Assembly: GCF_006345805.1 (NCBI RefSeq)
Contig: NC_043004.1
Span: 88,350,001-88,414,000 of the forward strand
Origin: Octopus sinensis
Taxonomy: Eukaryota
Reading direction: 5' to 3'
DNA: 64,000 nucleotides
The position numbers and the translations under genes were made by a program. The notes beneath the pieces are model-generated. The model was given only the letters and a program-made list of their open reading frames with translations. It ran no database searches and was not told the DNA's origin. Shown here piece after piece: positions 39,986-52,503 of the stretch (its first letter is position 1; each line of letters opens with the position of its first letter).

Positions 39986-40065
39986 TTCCTGAAGAGAAAG
40001 ACACAATATGGTCTCATTATTCAATCGGAATTTGGTAAATTGTGCCTTTCGAAACACGTGTAGAA
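39986..40065 (+). ncRNA. Type I hammerhead motif with canonical core and long stem II
   Basis: TTC-CTGAAGA-GAAAGACACAAT(31 nt)ATTGTGCCTTTC-GAAAC-ACGT-GTA-GAA; 11/12 bp stem II, 8-nt palindromic stem III, AATAAA just downstream. Confidence 0.75.
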
Positions 40066-40275
40066 TGCAATAAAACGATTTCTGTTCAATCTTCGTTCAA
40101 CTCCATTTCATCAATTCACTAATACTATTAAAATTCAATTATCCGCACCAACGCACGGTTGCAACACCATATGGTTGTACCTCCAACCGTGCTGTCTTCT
40201 GGTGTGATTTTTGCTACCAAGGTATCGGTTAAACTTTTGATTAATCTGCAACAAGATTATTCATCTTTCTATTTC

Positions 40276-40401
<126 letters not shown>

Positions 40402-40507
40402 TATATACATACATATATATACTGACATATACATATATATATATGTATATGTCAAAATATACATGCATATATACACGCACACACATATACGTACATACAT
40501 ACATATA

Positions 40508-41784
40508 GTAGATCATCCCATAAATAGTGCAGTTTTGTATACTTTTATTTTTCAAAATTAAGATAGAAAAAAGTTCTTTTTTAAACTAAACTAGACTCTC
40601 CTCCATGTACTTCAATGTTCTTCCATCTAGACTTGCAAGGCCCTTCTTCCAAAACTCACTTGTCCGTGACGAAAAATACTCCTCCAGTACTGATCTGACC
40701 ACGTCTACAGAATTCATATTTTTTTTGTCCAAATTATTTTGAAGACTGCGGAATATACCTTAATCATGTGGGGCAATGTCCAGCGAACATGGTGGGTGGG
40801 GCATTGTTTCCCATTCAAACTGCTCCAACCTTTGGAATGTCATTCTTGCTGTACGTGGCCAAACTTTACCCTGATGGAAGAACACCTTTCGTCTTGTAAC
40901 CAAAGATTGTCGTTTTTCTTATAGCGCTGGCTTAAGATGCTCAAGCTGCTTGCAGTAGATCTCCTTTGTTATTATCGTTTTGTTTGGGTTTAAAAGTTCC
41001 AAGTAGACTAAACCGTTCATATCCTACCAAACAGATAACAACACCTTACGTGGCTGAAGATCGTCTTTAGCCTGGTGTGCCAGTGTTTCTTCTTTCCCTA
41101 TCCACTGTCTTCAGCGCTTGATATTTTTTATAGGGAACCCATTTCTTGTTACCAGTCATTATTCAGCCCCGTAAATGGTTCAATTTTGAGACGTGACAGC
41201 AAAGAAGTGTACACATTCACTCTCTGTACGCGATTAGACTCGGAAAGTTTGTGAGGAATCCACTGACCGAATTTGCTGACTTTTCTGACGGCACGCAGGT
41301 GCCGCTGAATGGCTGGATGACCAAATTAAAGCTTCTTTGCTAGTTCCTCAACAGTTACGATGGGATTTTGTTCTACTAAGGTTTGCAGGACGTCCTCGTC
41401 GAGCTCTAGAGATCTTCCAGGACGAGGCTCGTCTTCTAGGCTGTATTTTCCGGCTCGGAATTTCAGGAGCCACCATTGACACTTGCTTATGGTTATTGTC
41501 CGATCCCCATATACTGCATTAATATTCCCCGCTCTTTCTGCTGCGTTGTTGTCTTCATTGAATGCATAAAACAAAATATGTTGAATATACTCCTTTGTTA
41601 CTTCCATTATAGCTTTGAAAAAATAACTGTTGAAATCGAACTTCATTCTTCGAAACTTGCGCCAAGTATAAGTACAAGGTAAAATTACTACCTGTTTTTA
41701 TAGCAATTTGATGCAGTTAGTTTATTACGCCCCTCCCACTTTAAGTTCATGTAATTGAAAAAACCACATTAATTATGGGATGAC

Positions 41785-41788
<4 letters not shown>
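40508..41788 (-). mobile_element. Full-length decayed mariner (Tc1/mariner) DNA transposon
   Basis: About 1.28 kb. Imperfect TIRs (ttgggtcatcccataattaatgtggtttt / gtagatcatcccataaatagtgcagtttt), TA flanks, mariner HTH MEVTKEYIQHILFYAF...SLEDEPRPGRS, eroded GDEKW-like and HPP.S.D.AP motifs; frameshifted. Confidence 0.93.
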
Positions 41789-41835
<47 letters not shown>

Positions 41836-42329
41836 ATGTATCATCCAAGTACGGTATTAGTTGAATAATATTCTTAAGGCCGCAATTTACTCACACGCAG
41901 CATCTTTCAGATCTTGTCGCTAATTCAGTTCTTGACCAAGTGCAAAACCGTCAACATTTTTGAAGAGGACTAGTTCCTAGCTACATTTTGGCATAAGCAT
42001 ATTGAAATTTGGTCCAATAGAAAAAGTTTACATAAAAATTTGTTGCGACGTTATAGGAGAGTAAGTAAAGCCACCATTCAAATTTCGATCTATATAACTT
42101 TTTCATTTTAAAAGCAAAATATATTTATCTTAGCTTCAAGGATAGAAGAAAGCGTGAAGAATTTTATAGTTTTTTCCCATGCAACAAAAATTTGTATCAA
42201 AAAAAGATGTGAGGTAAATATCATGAAAAATAATATAAGGCAAAAAATTGAATTTAAGTATAAATAACTTTTTTATTTTAACAACAAACTATATTTTAAT
42301 TATGCTTAAATGATAGAACTCAATACGAA

Positions 42330-43035
42330 GAATTTCATGCTATCAATCTTATGCAATGAAGTTCTAAAAGAAAACGAAAGTTATCAGTATTTGTTTCTCA
42401 AATTTGAAGGTGATAATATAATTTTACACGTTTTTATTCTAAGGTGACTTTTGATATATGCCACCGGCATCATTGAGGTAAGGAAAAGATTATCAACGAC
42501 TAGGCGGCGAGCTGGCAGAAACGTTAGCACGCCAGGCGAAATGCTTAGCGGTATTTCGTCTGCCGTTACGTTCTGAGTTCCAATTCCACCGAGATCGACT
42601 TTGCCTTTCATCCTTTCTGGGTCGATTAAATAAGTACCAGTTACGCACTGGGGTCGATATAATCGACTTAATCCGTTTGTCTGTCCTTGTTTGTCCTCTC
42701 TGTCTTTAGTCCCTTGTGGGTAGTAAAGAAATAAAAGAGATTATCAACGACACTGCGAGGAGTTACATAGTTTTCGTTCCGTTAAATTAAATATTTTTTT
42801 CTTGTCTTTTATATCGATTAACAATCTCATGCAATGAAGTTCTAACAGAAAAAAGTTGAGTGTTTGTTTCTCAAATTTGAGGGTGATAGTTCTATACTTT
42901 TTTTATGAATTTAGTTCTATAAGGGCACTTTTCATATATGTCACCGACGTCGTTGAGATAAGGAAAAATTATCAACGACACCGCGAGGAATTTTATAGTT
43001 TTCGTCTCATTAAATTAAATATTTTTTATTGTTTT
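42330..43035. repeat. Diverged tandem repeat, ~230-250 bp unit, at least 2 copies
   Basis: atgcaatgaagttctaa...tttgtttctcaaatttga...ttatcaacgac...aaattaaatatttt occurs twice; the first unit is split by a SINE. Confidence 0.8.
42501..42737 (+). mobile_element. SINE family A, full length with TSD
   Basis: 14-bp TSD agattatcaacgac at 42487-42500 and 42738-42751. Confidence 0.95.
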
Positions 43036-43383
43036 TGTATATCAATTTACAGTCATAAATCTTTCACATTCATAATTTCATCGACGATCTACATCCGTCT
43101 TTTAATCACCTGCTGTTAATTCCTTTATTTTTCATTTTTCATCTTTCTCTCTTCTTCTTAGGCTTCTTACTATATAGGTCATAGTACGATTTCTTTAGCA
43201 ATTTATAAAAAGTTTTTTTTACATCTTGAAAATATTCGTTATATTTAGAATTAATTAATTAATATATTTTCAAGATGAATTATCACATTATATTTTTTGC
43301 GCGTATTTTGTTGTAATTTGTTTCAATATGATAATTATATATTAACACAAAACAAGCACTCAATTTTTAACAATAAATATCGC

Positions 43384-43443
43384 TTGTATGCTTTAATTTT
43401 ACTAATACTCATTATTGGTGGGGTAGAATTGAACCCGGGGCCT
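43384..43443 (+). other. 2A-like (StopGo) peptide motif in a probable TE ORF remnant
   Basis: LYALILLILIIGGVELNPGP; the consensus is D(V/I)ExNPGP, here with G in place of D. Confidence 0.55.
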
Positions 43444-44081
43444 GGGATTAATAAAACGGGTAATAACAATAAGGTGGGTAAATAATTGGATGAAGAAGAA
43501 ATGAAGAAAAGAAAACATACTGAAGCTCAAGATAAATATAGAAGAAATAATTAGTTGACACATTAATTAGCATAATAGCATAGTCTGGGAAAAAGATGGA
43601 TTACAAGGAAAAATACAAGCAAGAGAAATTATATTTCTAAGCTTATAAACCTGGAAAAGTACAGGACAACTTATTACATCGTGTAAAGTACAGAACAAGA
43701 AAATTTTTACTTAAAATTAAAAATAAAAAGGCTGTAGCTTCTATCTGTCATGTTTTTTTTCTTTCACATTCATCCTTATAATGTTTGTTTTTATTTGAAA
43801 AGTTCCAATCACTATAAACGGTGAGAGAACCTTTACGTGGTCGTTTGACCTGTTAGCAACAACAGTCAAATCTCTCTCAATTCACATCATATCGCCTGAA
43901 AAATATCGCCAAAAGAATAAAATCAAAATGGACACGTTGGTTATTATGTCCTGAGTCGGTTGCAAATAGGAAAATTATGTATTGATCACAGGTGGAATGT
44001 CTTTGTTCAAGACTGACCTACCTCTATCTCCACCAGTAATAACAAAAACAACGAAACTGAGCAACTGAAGATAAACTAGGC

Positions 44082-44212
44082 CAGTGGTTCCCAACCATTT
44101 TGGTATGTAGGCCAGATCTGAAACGGATCTTTTTAGGGGATTTTTTTTAGCACAAGTCAATTAGAGAAAAAATTATTGTATTAGCCCTGGAAGCTGCGGT
44201 TGTAAAACGCTG
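44082..44212. mobile_element. hAT (Charlie-type) MITE remnant
   Basis: Ends cagtggttcccaacc / ggttgtaaaacgctg; 8-bp flanks aactaggc / gtctacgc (5/8 match). Confidence 0.55.
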
Positions 44213-44436
44213 GTCTACGCAGTTGCACAACTTATAACAGAAAGAATGATTTAAATGAAGGAAAAAAAATTGTATAATGTTATCCTAGATATAAACAAAG
44301 ATGGCATGGTCATGATTGGATTGATATTGAATATAGACCTGTTCGATTGAAGGCTGACCTAGTGTTGAACAACAAATGCAATAACATCAGCAAGAATGAC
44401 AATACTAAATATAACGATAATGATATTGGTAATATC

Positions 44437-44652
44437 GATTTCAAATTTTGGCCCAAAGTCAGTAGTTTTGAGTGGGGGGAGTAAATCGGTTACATTAACC
44501 CCAGTGTTCAACTGGTACTTATTTTATCGATCCCGAAATGGATGAAAGACGAAGTTGACTACGGCGGAATTTGAAGTCAGAACGTAAGGACGGAAGAAAT
44601 GCCGCTAAGCATTTTGTCCGGCGTACTCACGATTCTGCCGGCTCGCCGTCTT
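44437..44652 (-). mobile_element. SINE family A
   Basis: Head, core and tail recognisable. Confidence 0.88.
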
Positions 44653-44660
44653 AATGATAT

Positions 44661-45072
44661 TACTCTTACTCTTTACTCTTTTACTTGTTTAAGTCATTTG
44701 ACTGCGGCCATGCTGGAGCACTGCCTTTAGTCGAGCAAATCAACCCCGGGACTTATTCTTTGTAAGCCTAGTACTTATTCTATCGATCTCTCTTGCCGAC
44801 CGCTAAGTGACAGGGACATAAACACACCAGCATCGGTTGTCAAGCAATGCTAGGGGGTCAAACACAGACACACAAACACACACACACCCATACATATATA
44901 CATATATACGACGGGCTTCTTTCAGTTTCCGTCTACCAAATACACTCACAAGGCTTTGGTCGGCCTGAGGCTATAGTAAAAGACACTTGTCCAAGGTGCT
45001 CCGCAGTGGGACTGAACCCGGAATCATGTGGTTGGTAAACAAGCTATGTACCACACAGCCACTCCTACGCCT
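44661..45072 (-). mobile_element. SINE family B, full length
   Basis: Head, short internal repeat and tail all present. Confidence 0.92.
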
Positions 45073-45084
45073 ATTGGTAATATC

Positions 45085-45277
45085 GATTTAAAAAATTGGC
45101 ACAGGGCAGCAATTTCGGGGAAGGTGCCAAGTCAATTATATTGACTCTAGTGTCTAGTTGGCACTTATTTTATCGACCCCAAAATGGATGAAAGGTAAAG
45201 TCGACATCGGCGGAATTTGAACTCAGAACGCAAGGACGGTCGAAGTGCCGCTAACGATCCAGCCAGCTCGCCGTCTT
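45085..45277 (-). mobile_element. SINE family A with a deletion in the head
   Basis: Core and tail recognisable. Confidence 0.85.
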
Positions 45278-45791
45278 AATTTTATTGGAAATATGAACAA
45301 TAACACTAACAACAGAAGCAACAACAATAACTACAACAAATATAATGCTTAACAGCGGAAAAAGCCTTGTGTGTTATTGTAATTGTTGTTGTTGTTGTTG
45401 TTAATGCTGATGTCTGGGTAAGGGGGAGGACGAAGGTGACAATATGGTAGTAGTAACAGTAATAGTATAAATAGTGATGCTGTTAAGAATAACGTTGTTG
45501 CTGTTGTTGTTGTTGTTTTCATGACACTAATATCCTGTAGCCAACCGTGTATTATTGTTCAAAAACGGAATTAACAGCTATTTACTTTAGACCAGATGTG
45601 CTTTCATCTGTATGAAACTATAAGAATTATTTCGCGAAGTAATATTACTATCAAGTTTTCGTCGCCAACCAATGTCTGGCTTTTAACTCTTCACTTCCGG
45701 AGTACAATTTTCACTAAAGTGATGTTTTCAGAAGATTTTACTCTCCCACCTCTCTCTTTCTCTTTTTCTTTCTTTCTTTCTTCCTTTCTTT

Positions 45792-45830
<39 letters not shown>

Positions 45831-45831
45831 C

Positions 45832-45867
<36 letters not shown>

Positions 45868-46780
45868 ACTCATACCCTCTTAAGAAATTACAACGATATT
45901 ACACAATTTTTCATTTCCCTTCTCTCATTCACGTCCCGTCTTTGAATACTTTCATTCTCTTTTGCATTATCGTTAACTCTCATTTTTCTTTCTTCATTCA
46001 AATTCGTTTTTCTCCTTCTTACAACACTATACCAATAATACTTCCCTTCTTTCCCTCTTTCATTCATTTCCTTCATTCATTCTAACAATCTCTTATTGTT
46101 TTCCTCACGATTTTAAGATTCACACCCATAATATACGTACCTTTTTTCCTTCTTTCAAATATGCTCCCATTTGTTTTTTAAAATATGAATACTATTTATA
46201 TTTCGCAATCTTATTCTTGTATTTCATAATCTTATTATTATATTCATTCATTCCATCATTCTTTATTTAAAGTTCTTTATTTCTTGACTTTCAACACTTC
46301 TTTTTTTTTTCTCTATCACTCATTGGTTTTTAGTTCTAATTTACTTCGATCTACTCAGCCACTCTCCCCACCAACTCTTTCCATCTCTATGTCTTCCATT
46401 TGCTAATTTTGTGTATTTTTTTCATATGACACCATTTGTCTGTCTACCTGTCTGCTTCATCGATGATTTCTTTTTTTATCTTCAACCAATACACTTAAGA
46501 CAACGTTCTTCATTTGAAACAGTGGCTTTTTCATGTTTTCGAGACATCGACATTTTACGATGTAATACCAACTATCAAATTCGCTTCAACACCACCCCAT
46601 CACCTCCTCCGCCGCCACCACCACCACTTCTTCCTCCACCACCACCACCACCACCACCACTACCACCACGATTATCTTGAACACCAACGGTGTGATCACT
46701 GCCACGTTTAGCAAGTCTCCCACCAGTCCACGAGCCATTGTGTAACCATTTATGCCACATTACGTAAAGAGCTGCAATAT

Positions 46781-46823
<43 letters not shown>

Positions 46824-47061
46824 ATATGTTACAATTACTCAATAGTCAAGATAAAACTCTGAGTTTCAGATGCCGAAGTGGAAATCCACAACACCATCTC
46901 TTCTGTTATCTGGCCATCTGAAAAAACGCTATGAAAAAATACCGTTATTTTCATAGCGTTTTTTCAGATGGCCAGATAACCGAAGAGATGGTGTTGTGGA
47001 TTTCCACTTCGGCATCTGAAACTCAGAGTTTTATCTTGACTATTGAGTAATTGTAACATAA
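46824..47061. mobile_element. Palindromic pLTR-type pair with hammerhead-like folds (46850-46910 -, 46975-47035 +)
   Basis: ~115 bp near-perfect arms. Each reads GATAA-C(C/A)GAAGA-GATG...CATC-T-GAAAC-TCAGA-GTT-TTATC; U4 is not conserved in either arm. Confidence 0.75.
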
Positions 47062-47416
47062 TATTGTATAGATAAATTTCCTCTATTTCCATAATATTGA
47101 GGTCTCTTTCTTTCTTTTGTTATCTTACCGTTTTTACCAATATATATATATATATATATACACTAACTGAGAGAGAAGGAGAGAGAGAGAGAAAGTGAGA
47201 GAGAGAGAGACTGACAGAGTGAAACATATACGACAGTCTTTTTCAGTTTCCTTTCACCAAGTCCACAAACAATGCTTTGGTCAGCCCAAGGCTATGTTTG
47301 AAGACACTTGTCCAAGGTTCCATGCAGAGGAGGGGGAGAACTCATCTCATACCTGGAACATTGTTGATCTGGGTAACCACAGGATAGTCAGCATTGGGAA
47401 CAACAATAATTATACT

Positions 47417-47615
47417 TTCTACTATAGTTACAAGGTTCGAATTTTGAGGAGGGAACTAGCCGTTTACATCAATCCCACAACTCAATGGGTACTTTATTTT
47501 ATCGACCTCGAAGGTGTAAAAAGCAAAGTCAGCCTCCGCGGGACTTGAACTTTCAAGTAAAATCCGAAGAAACTCCGCTAAGCGTTTCGTCCGGTATGCT
47601 AACGATTCTACCACA
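47417..47615 (-). mobile_element. SINE family A, diverged
   Basis: Core and tail recognisable. Confidence 0.8.
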
Positions 47616-47852
47616 ACTACACAAATGGAGTATATTGGCATTGTTAACAACTTTTTGTCACCATAAGAAAGCAGTGTGTTGCTATTATGATTTCGAAAAA
47701 TTGCTATCAGTCTTACAATCTTAACAATAGTTTCGTTTCTGTGTCACTTGCTCTCTGCCATATTATTTTCTTCTCATTTTGAATGCGCCGATTGTATCAA
47801 CTTTTGCAGAACAATTATGTCCAAATTTCATTGTCTGCTAAGTTGATATATA

Positions 47853-47885
<33 letters not shown>

Positions 47886-48060
47886 ATATCTATATATATA
47901 TATATATATATATATCTATATATCTATATCTATATATATATAATGAGATAGATAGACAGTCTATAGGAATAAACACACGCACGCATATTGCAGTCAAACA
48001 CTATGAGGCAAACACACACACACGCACACATATATATATGTGTGTGTGTATGAATAGTCT

Positions 48061-48670
48061 TTTCTATTCTTGCCACAAGGCCCGAAATTTTTGGGGAAGG
48101 GGCCAGTCAATTACATCGACCCCAGTACACAATTTATCACCCCATCCCACCGAAAGGATGAAAGGCAAAGTTGACCTCGACGGAATTTGAACTCAAAACA
48201 TAAGGACAGACGAAATATCTATTTCTTTACTACCCACAAGGGGCTAAACATAGAGTGGACAAACAAGGACAGACAAACGGATTAAGTCGATTACATCGAC
48301 CCCAGTACGTAACTGGTACTTAATTTATCGATCCCGAACGGATGAAAGGCAAAGTCGTCCTCGGCGGAGTTTGAACTCAGAACGTAGCGGCAGACGAAAT
48401 AACCGCTAAGCATTCCGCCCGGCGTGCTGACGTTTCTCATTTCTTTACTGCCCACTAGAGACTAAACATAGAGGAAACGAACAATGATAGACAAACGGAT
48501 TAAGTCGATTATATTGACCTCAATGTATGCATTTGTACTTATTTAATTGACCCCAAAAGGATGAAAGGCAAAGTCGATCTCGGCGGTATTCGAACTGAGA
48601 ACGTAGCGGGAGATGAAATACTGCTAAACATTTCGACCAGCGTGCTAACGTTTCTGCCAGCTCGTCGCCT
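48061..48670 (-). mobile_element. Family A SINE trimer
   Basis: Full copy ~48432-48670, then copies starting at 'gaaacgtcagcacg' and at 'atatttcgtc'. Confidence 0.9.
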
Positions 48671-49086
48671 TCATATATGCATGTATATTAACATGCATAT
48701 GAATGAACATAATGCATATAAACAATTTCCTAAATTACACGTAGCAATACAACTGTACATATTTATACATATATGCAGACGTACATACTTACCTATATAG
48801 GTATGTAATTTATGCACGTATAAATATGTAAGTTGGCGAGTTGACGCTTGTTGCTATTTATATGTATGGGTATGTGTGTTTGGGTGTGTGTGTATGTTTG
48901 TGCGTGTGCATGCGTATCTGTGTGCGTTTGTGTACATATATACATGCAAATATGTGTAAGCATATATACGTGTTCGTAAAAAATGTATATCTATCTTAAT
49001 CTAAATAGATGCAAATATATTCTCAAGCATAGAAACACACACACACACACATATATATATAAATATAAATATAAATATGAATATGA

Positions 49087-49120
<34 letters not shown>

Positions 49121-49121
<1 letters not shown>

Positions 49122-49327
49122 CTCTTTTATTTGTTTTAGTTATTTGACTGCGGTCATGCTGTAGCATCTCCTTTAGTCGAACAAATCGACCCCAGGACTT
49201 ATCCATTGTAAGCCTACTAATTATTCTATTGGTCATTTTTTGCCGAACCGCTAAGTTACGGGGACGTAAACACACCTACAACGGTTGTCAAGCTATAGTG
49301 GAGGACAAACACAGATACACAAATACA

Positions 49328-49364
<37 letters not shown>

Positions 49365-49529
49365 GACAAGCTTCTTTTCAGTTTCCGTTTATCAAATACA
49401 CTCACGAGGCTTTGGTACGCCCGAGGCTATAGTAGAAGACACTTACCCAAGGTGCCTCGCAGTGGGACTGAACTAGGAACCATGTGGTATGTGGTTGGGA
49501 AACAAGCTTCTTACCCCACAGCCACTCCT
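49121..49529 (-). mobile_element. SINE family B, full length
   Basis: Head, internal (TA)n and tail all present. Confidence 0.9.
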
Positions 49530-49533
49530 GCAC

Positions 49534-49564
<31 letters not shown>

Positions 49565-49803
49565 ATACATGCATTTATATTATCGCATATATATGTAATT
49601 TAATGTACACCGTATTAAAATAAGAGCGACCAATAGCTTCTAGCCATTGAGACACATGGTTAAGTAGATTTTCTACAACATGCCTTGTGTCTCAATAGCA
49701 AGAAACTGTTCGTAGGTCTTATTCTAATAGAGTGTACATTAAATGATACTTATCTCCCACTGGATGAAGTCATCTTTTGTTGATCTTACTTGAGCGAAGC
49801 AGT

Positions 49804-49871
<68 letters not shown>

Positions 49872-50027
49872 TATATATATATACGTGTGTTTATGTGTGT
49901 GTATAAGAATAATTGTGCATTACAGAACACTTGTGCATGTTCATGATTGAATATGTTCATATCCTCCTTGTGTATTTGCGCGTATATATACATACATACA
50001 TACATACACACACACACCACACACACT

Positions 50028-50067
<40 letters not shown>

Positions 50068-50699
50068 AGTTCACCAGTTTATGATAAAAGGATTATGTAA
50101 TTCCTAGAAATTATTGACGATGATTATCGAATTTCATGAAGAGGATATATATTATTGCCTAAATGCTAGTTAATAACCCCTTTCGACAGGGAAAAAAATG
50201 CGAAAATGTAAGGATGTTGCAATAACGTAATAAAAACGTGTCCTTCGCTAAGTATCGATTTACCATCGAGTGTAAGCATTTTAACTGGAAATATATGATG
50301 ACAACACAAACGCTACTGGTATGCTACGGAATATAATATTTCTGTTAAATAACTGAATTATATTCTTCATTTTTGGCTATTTTGAGAATTGCTAGATCTG
50401 AAGTTCGTGAATGATGTAGTTTCTTGGATAGATTTCCGAGGGAATAAACATCTGCCTTTCTGTTGAGCCTGTTCAAAGCGAAGTGTAATACTATTTTCCG
50501 CGTTCCTAATTTGTGAGTAGAGTGAGCATATAATCTAGTAAAGTAATTATTTTAGAAAAGTAACTCTCTTAGGTGATCGTAAACTGACGTAGTTGCTAAA
50601 AGCTTGATACAAAGCCAACAGGTACATCCACAGGTATAGCATTTAAAAAAAATTTTACGTACACATAAGTGTGTGCATATGTGTGTTTATGAGATTGTG

Positions 50700-51192
50700 G
50701 GGCAGATGGGGAGCGGTACCACGAATGGTTAAGAAGTTTACTTCGTAACTACGAGGTCTTAGGTTCAATCCCACCGAGTAGCCTCGTTCGCAAATATTAT
50801 TTTGTATATTCTCGTTTCGACAAATACCTTGGGGCTGAAATTTAGTTGATGGAAACGGTAAAGAAATCCATCGCATGGATTATACCTGTAATTCAAGCGT
50901 ACAGTCATGTAGCACATTACTTCACGCTGATCTGCAGGAGAATGCTCAAATTGTGCCCCCGTCGTATATATATATATATATGTTTGCGTGTCTGTGTTTG
51001 TCCCTCCAACATCGCTTGACAACCGATGCTGGTGTGTTTACGTCCCCGTAACTTAGCGGTTCGGCAAGATAGACCGATAGAATAAGTACTATGCTTACAA
51101 AGAATAAGTCCTAGGGTCGATTTGCTAGACTAAAGGCGGTGCTCTAGCATGGCCGCAGTCAAATGACTGAAACAAATTAAAGAATAAAAGAA
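50700..51192 (+). mobile_element. SINE family B: decayed head and well-preserved tail (50990-51192)
   Basis: The tail matches the family consensus closely. Confidence 0.8.
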
Positions 51193-51267
51193 TACATACT
51201 CCATTCAAAAGAAATATTTCAGTCTCCCGAGATAGCTCACATCAAGGCATAGTTTTTCTTTCATAGT

Positions 51268-51314
<47 letters not shown>

Positions 51315-51333
51315 TATTGTTATTATTATTATT

Positions 51334-51880
51334 GAGAGAGCAGTGCATGCCATCAAAGTGACACTGGGGTAAAATATACGAAGCCCAGTATACCCATCAT
51401 GACTACCCGTCTGATAAGGATACACCAGGCACATGCATCACAACCATATGTGCGCGACATGGTGATCTCATATCAAGATAAACAGCACATGACCTTGCAG
51501 GTGGGGCCCAGTTAGAATTTTCTTCTGGTCGAGTAGCCCATCCCGCTCAAAAGGTCCCTGAATAAGGCTTGTTTAAGGATGTTGAACGAAACACTCCTTT
51601 CCAAAGGTGAATTATTCAAACCCCAAAGAATCCCTCTCAACACACGGCTATGATGCTCCCCCACTACTGCTCGTGATCAGAGATGCACATATCGTCTGCC
51701 ACTAAAAGACATGCTCAACTGGTTATGGTCAAACAACTGACAAGCAAGTCTGTGGTACTGAGCAGAATATTTGCTGTGACCCATCTTTTATACCAAGACA
51801 AAACAATGTACATGATAACACTTGCAATCAGTTAAGATCAGAAGCCATGAGAGCCACTGCCTGGTACTGCATCAGGGCAT
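51334..51880 (-). mobile_element. ~550 bp non-coding element flanked on both sides by (TAA)n
   Basis: No tRNA boxes seen; truncated copies with the same 3' end at 24083-24328 and 51952-51999. Confidence 0.8.
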
Positions 51881-51887
51881 ATTATTA

Positions 51888-51951
<64 letters not shown>

Positions 51952-51999
51952 GAGTGAGAGAGAAGTGCATGCCATCAAAGTGACACTGGGTTAAAATAT
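51952..51999 (-). mobile_element. Severely 5'-truncated copy of the same element
   Basis: gagtgagagagaagtgcatgccatcaaagtgacactgggttaaaatat directly after (ATT)n. Confidence 0.8.
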
Positions 52000-52453
52000 T
52001 ATAGCTAGTTAAGACGTATAACGTATTTATGACACTATCCAATATCGTGATAATATTGTACTGTCTGTCAAGTGAAACAAGCACCCCTGACAGATAGTAC
52101 TTTACGCAGTACGCGTGCAGTTCCACGTAATGCCGATTTTTGCAATACACCTAGATTGTCGGGTACTTCTAAACTTTCCAGATGTTTGTTCAGGTTGGAT
52201 GGTATTGTACTCAATGCTCCAGTGACAAGAGGGACAACCTTTATTTTTGGCTCTTGTAGTTGCTACATCTCAATTCTCAGGTCTCCAATATTTTTTCTTT
52301 CTTTCATATGTTGATCTCCTGGCACTGCCACCTCGATTATTAGGCACACTTGTTTGTCCCACCTGCTCCTCCTCCTGCTCCTCCCCCTCCTGCTCCTTCT
52401 CCTCCTCCTCCTCCTCTTCCTCCTCCCCTTCCACATCTTCCCACCTCCCCCTC

Positions 52454-52503
<50 letters not shown>

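Noticed and set aside
41326-41646. SETMAR-like host gene
   Set aside because: It lies inside TIR-bounded mariner DNA with frameshifts and no SET domain.
51657-51678. U1-like words (GATCACGA, GTAGTGGGGGA) suggesting a U1-derived SINE
   Set aside because: The words are a few nt apart here but about 100 nt apart in U1; likely coincidence.
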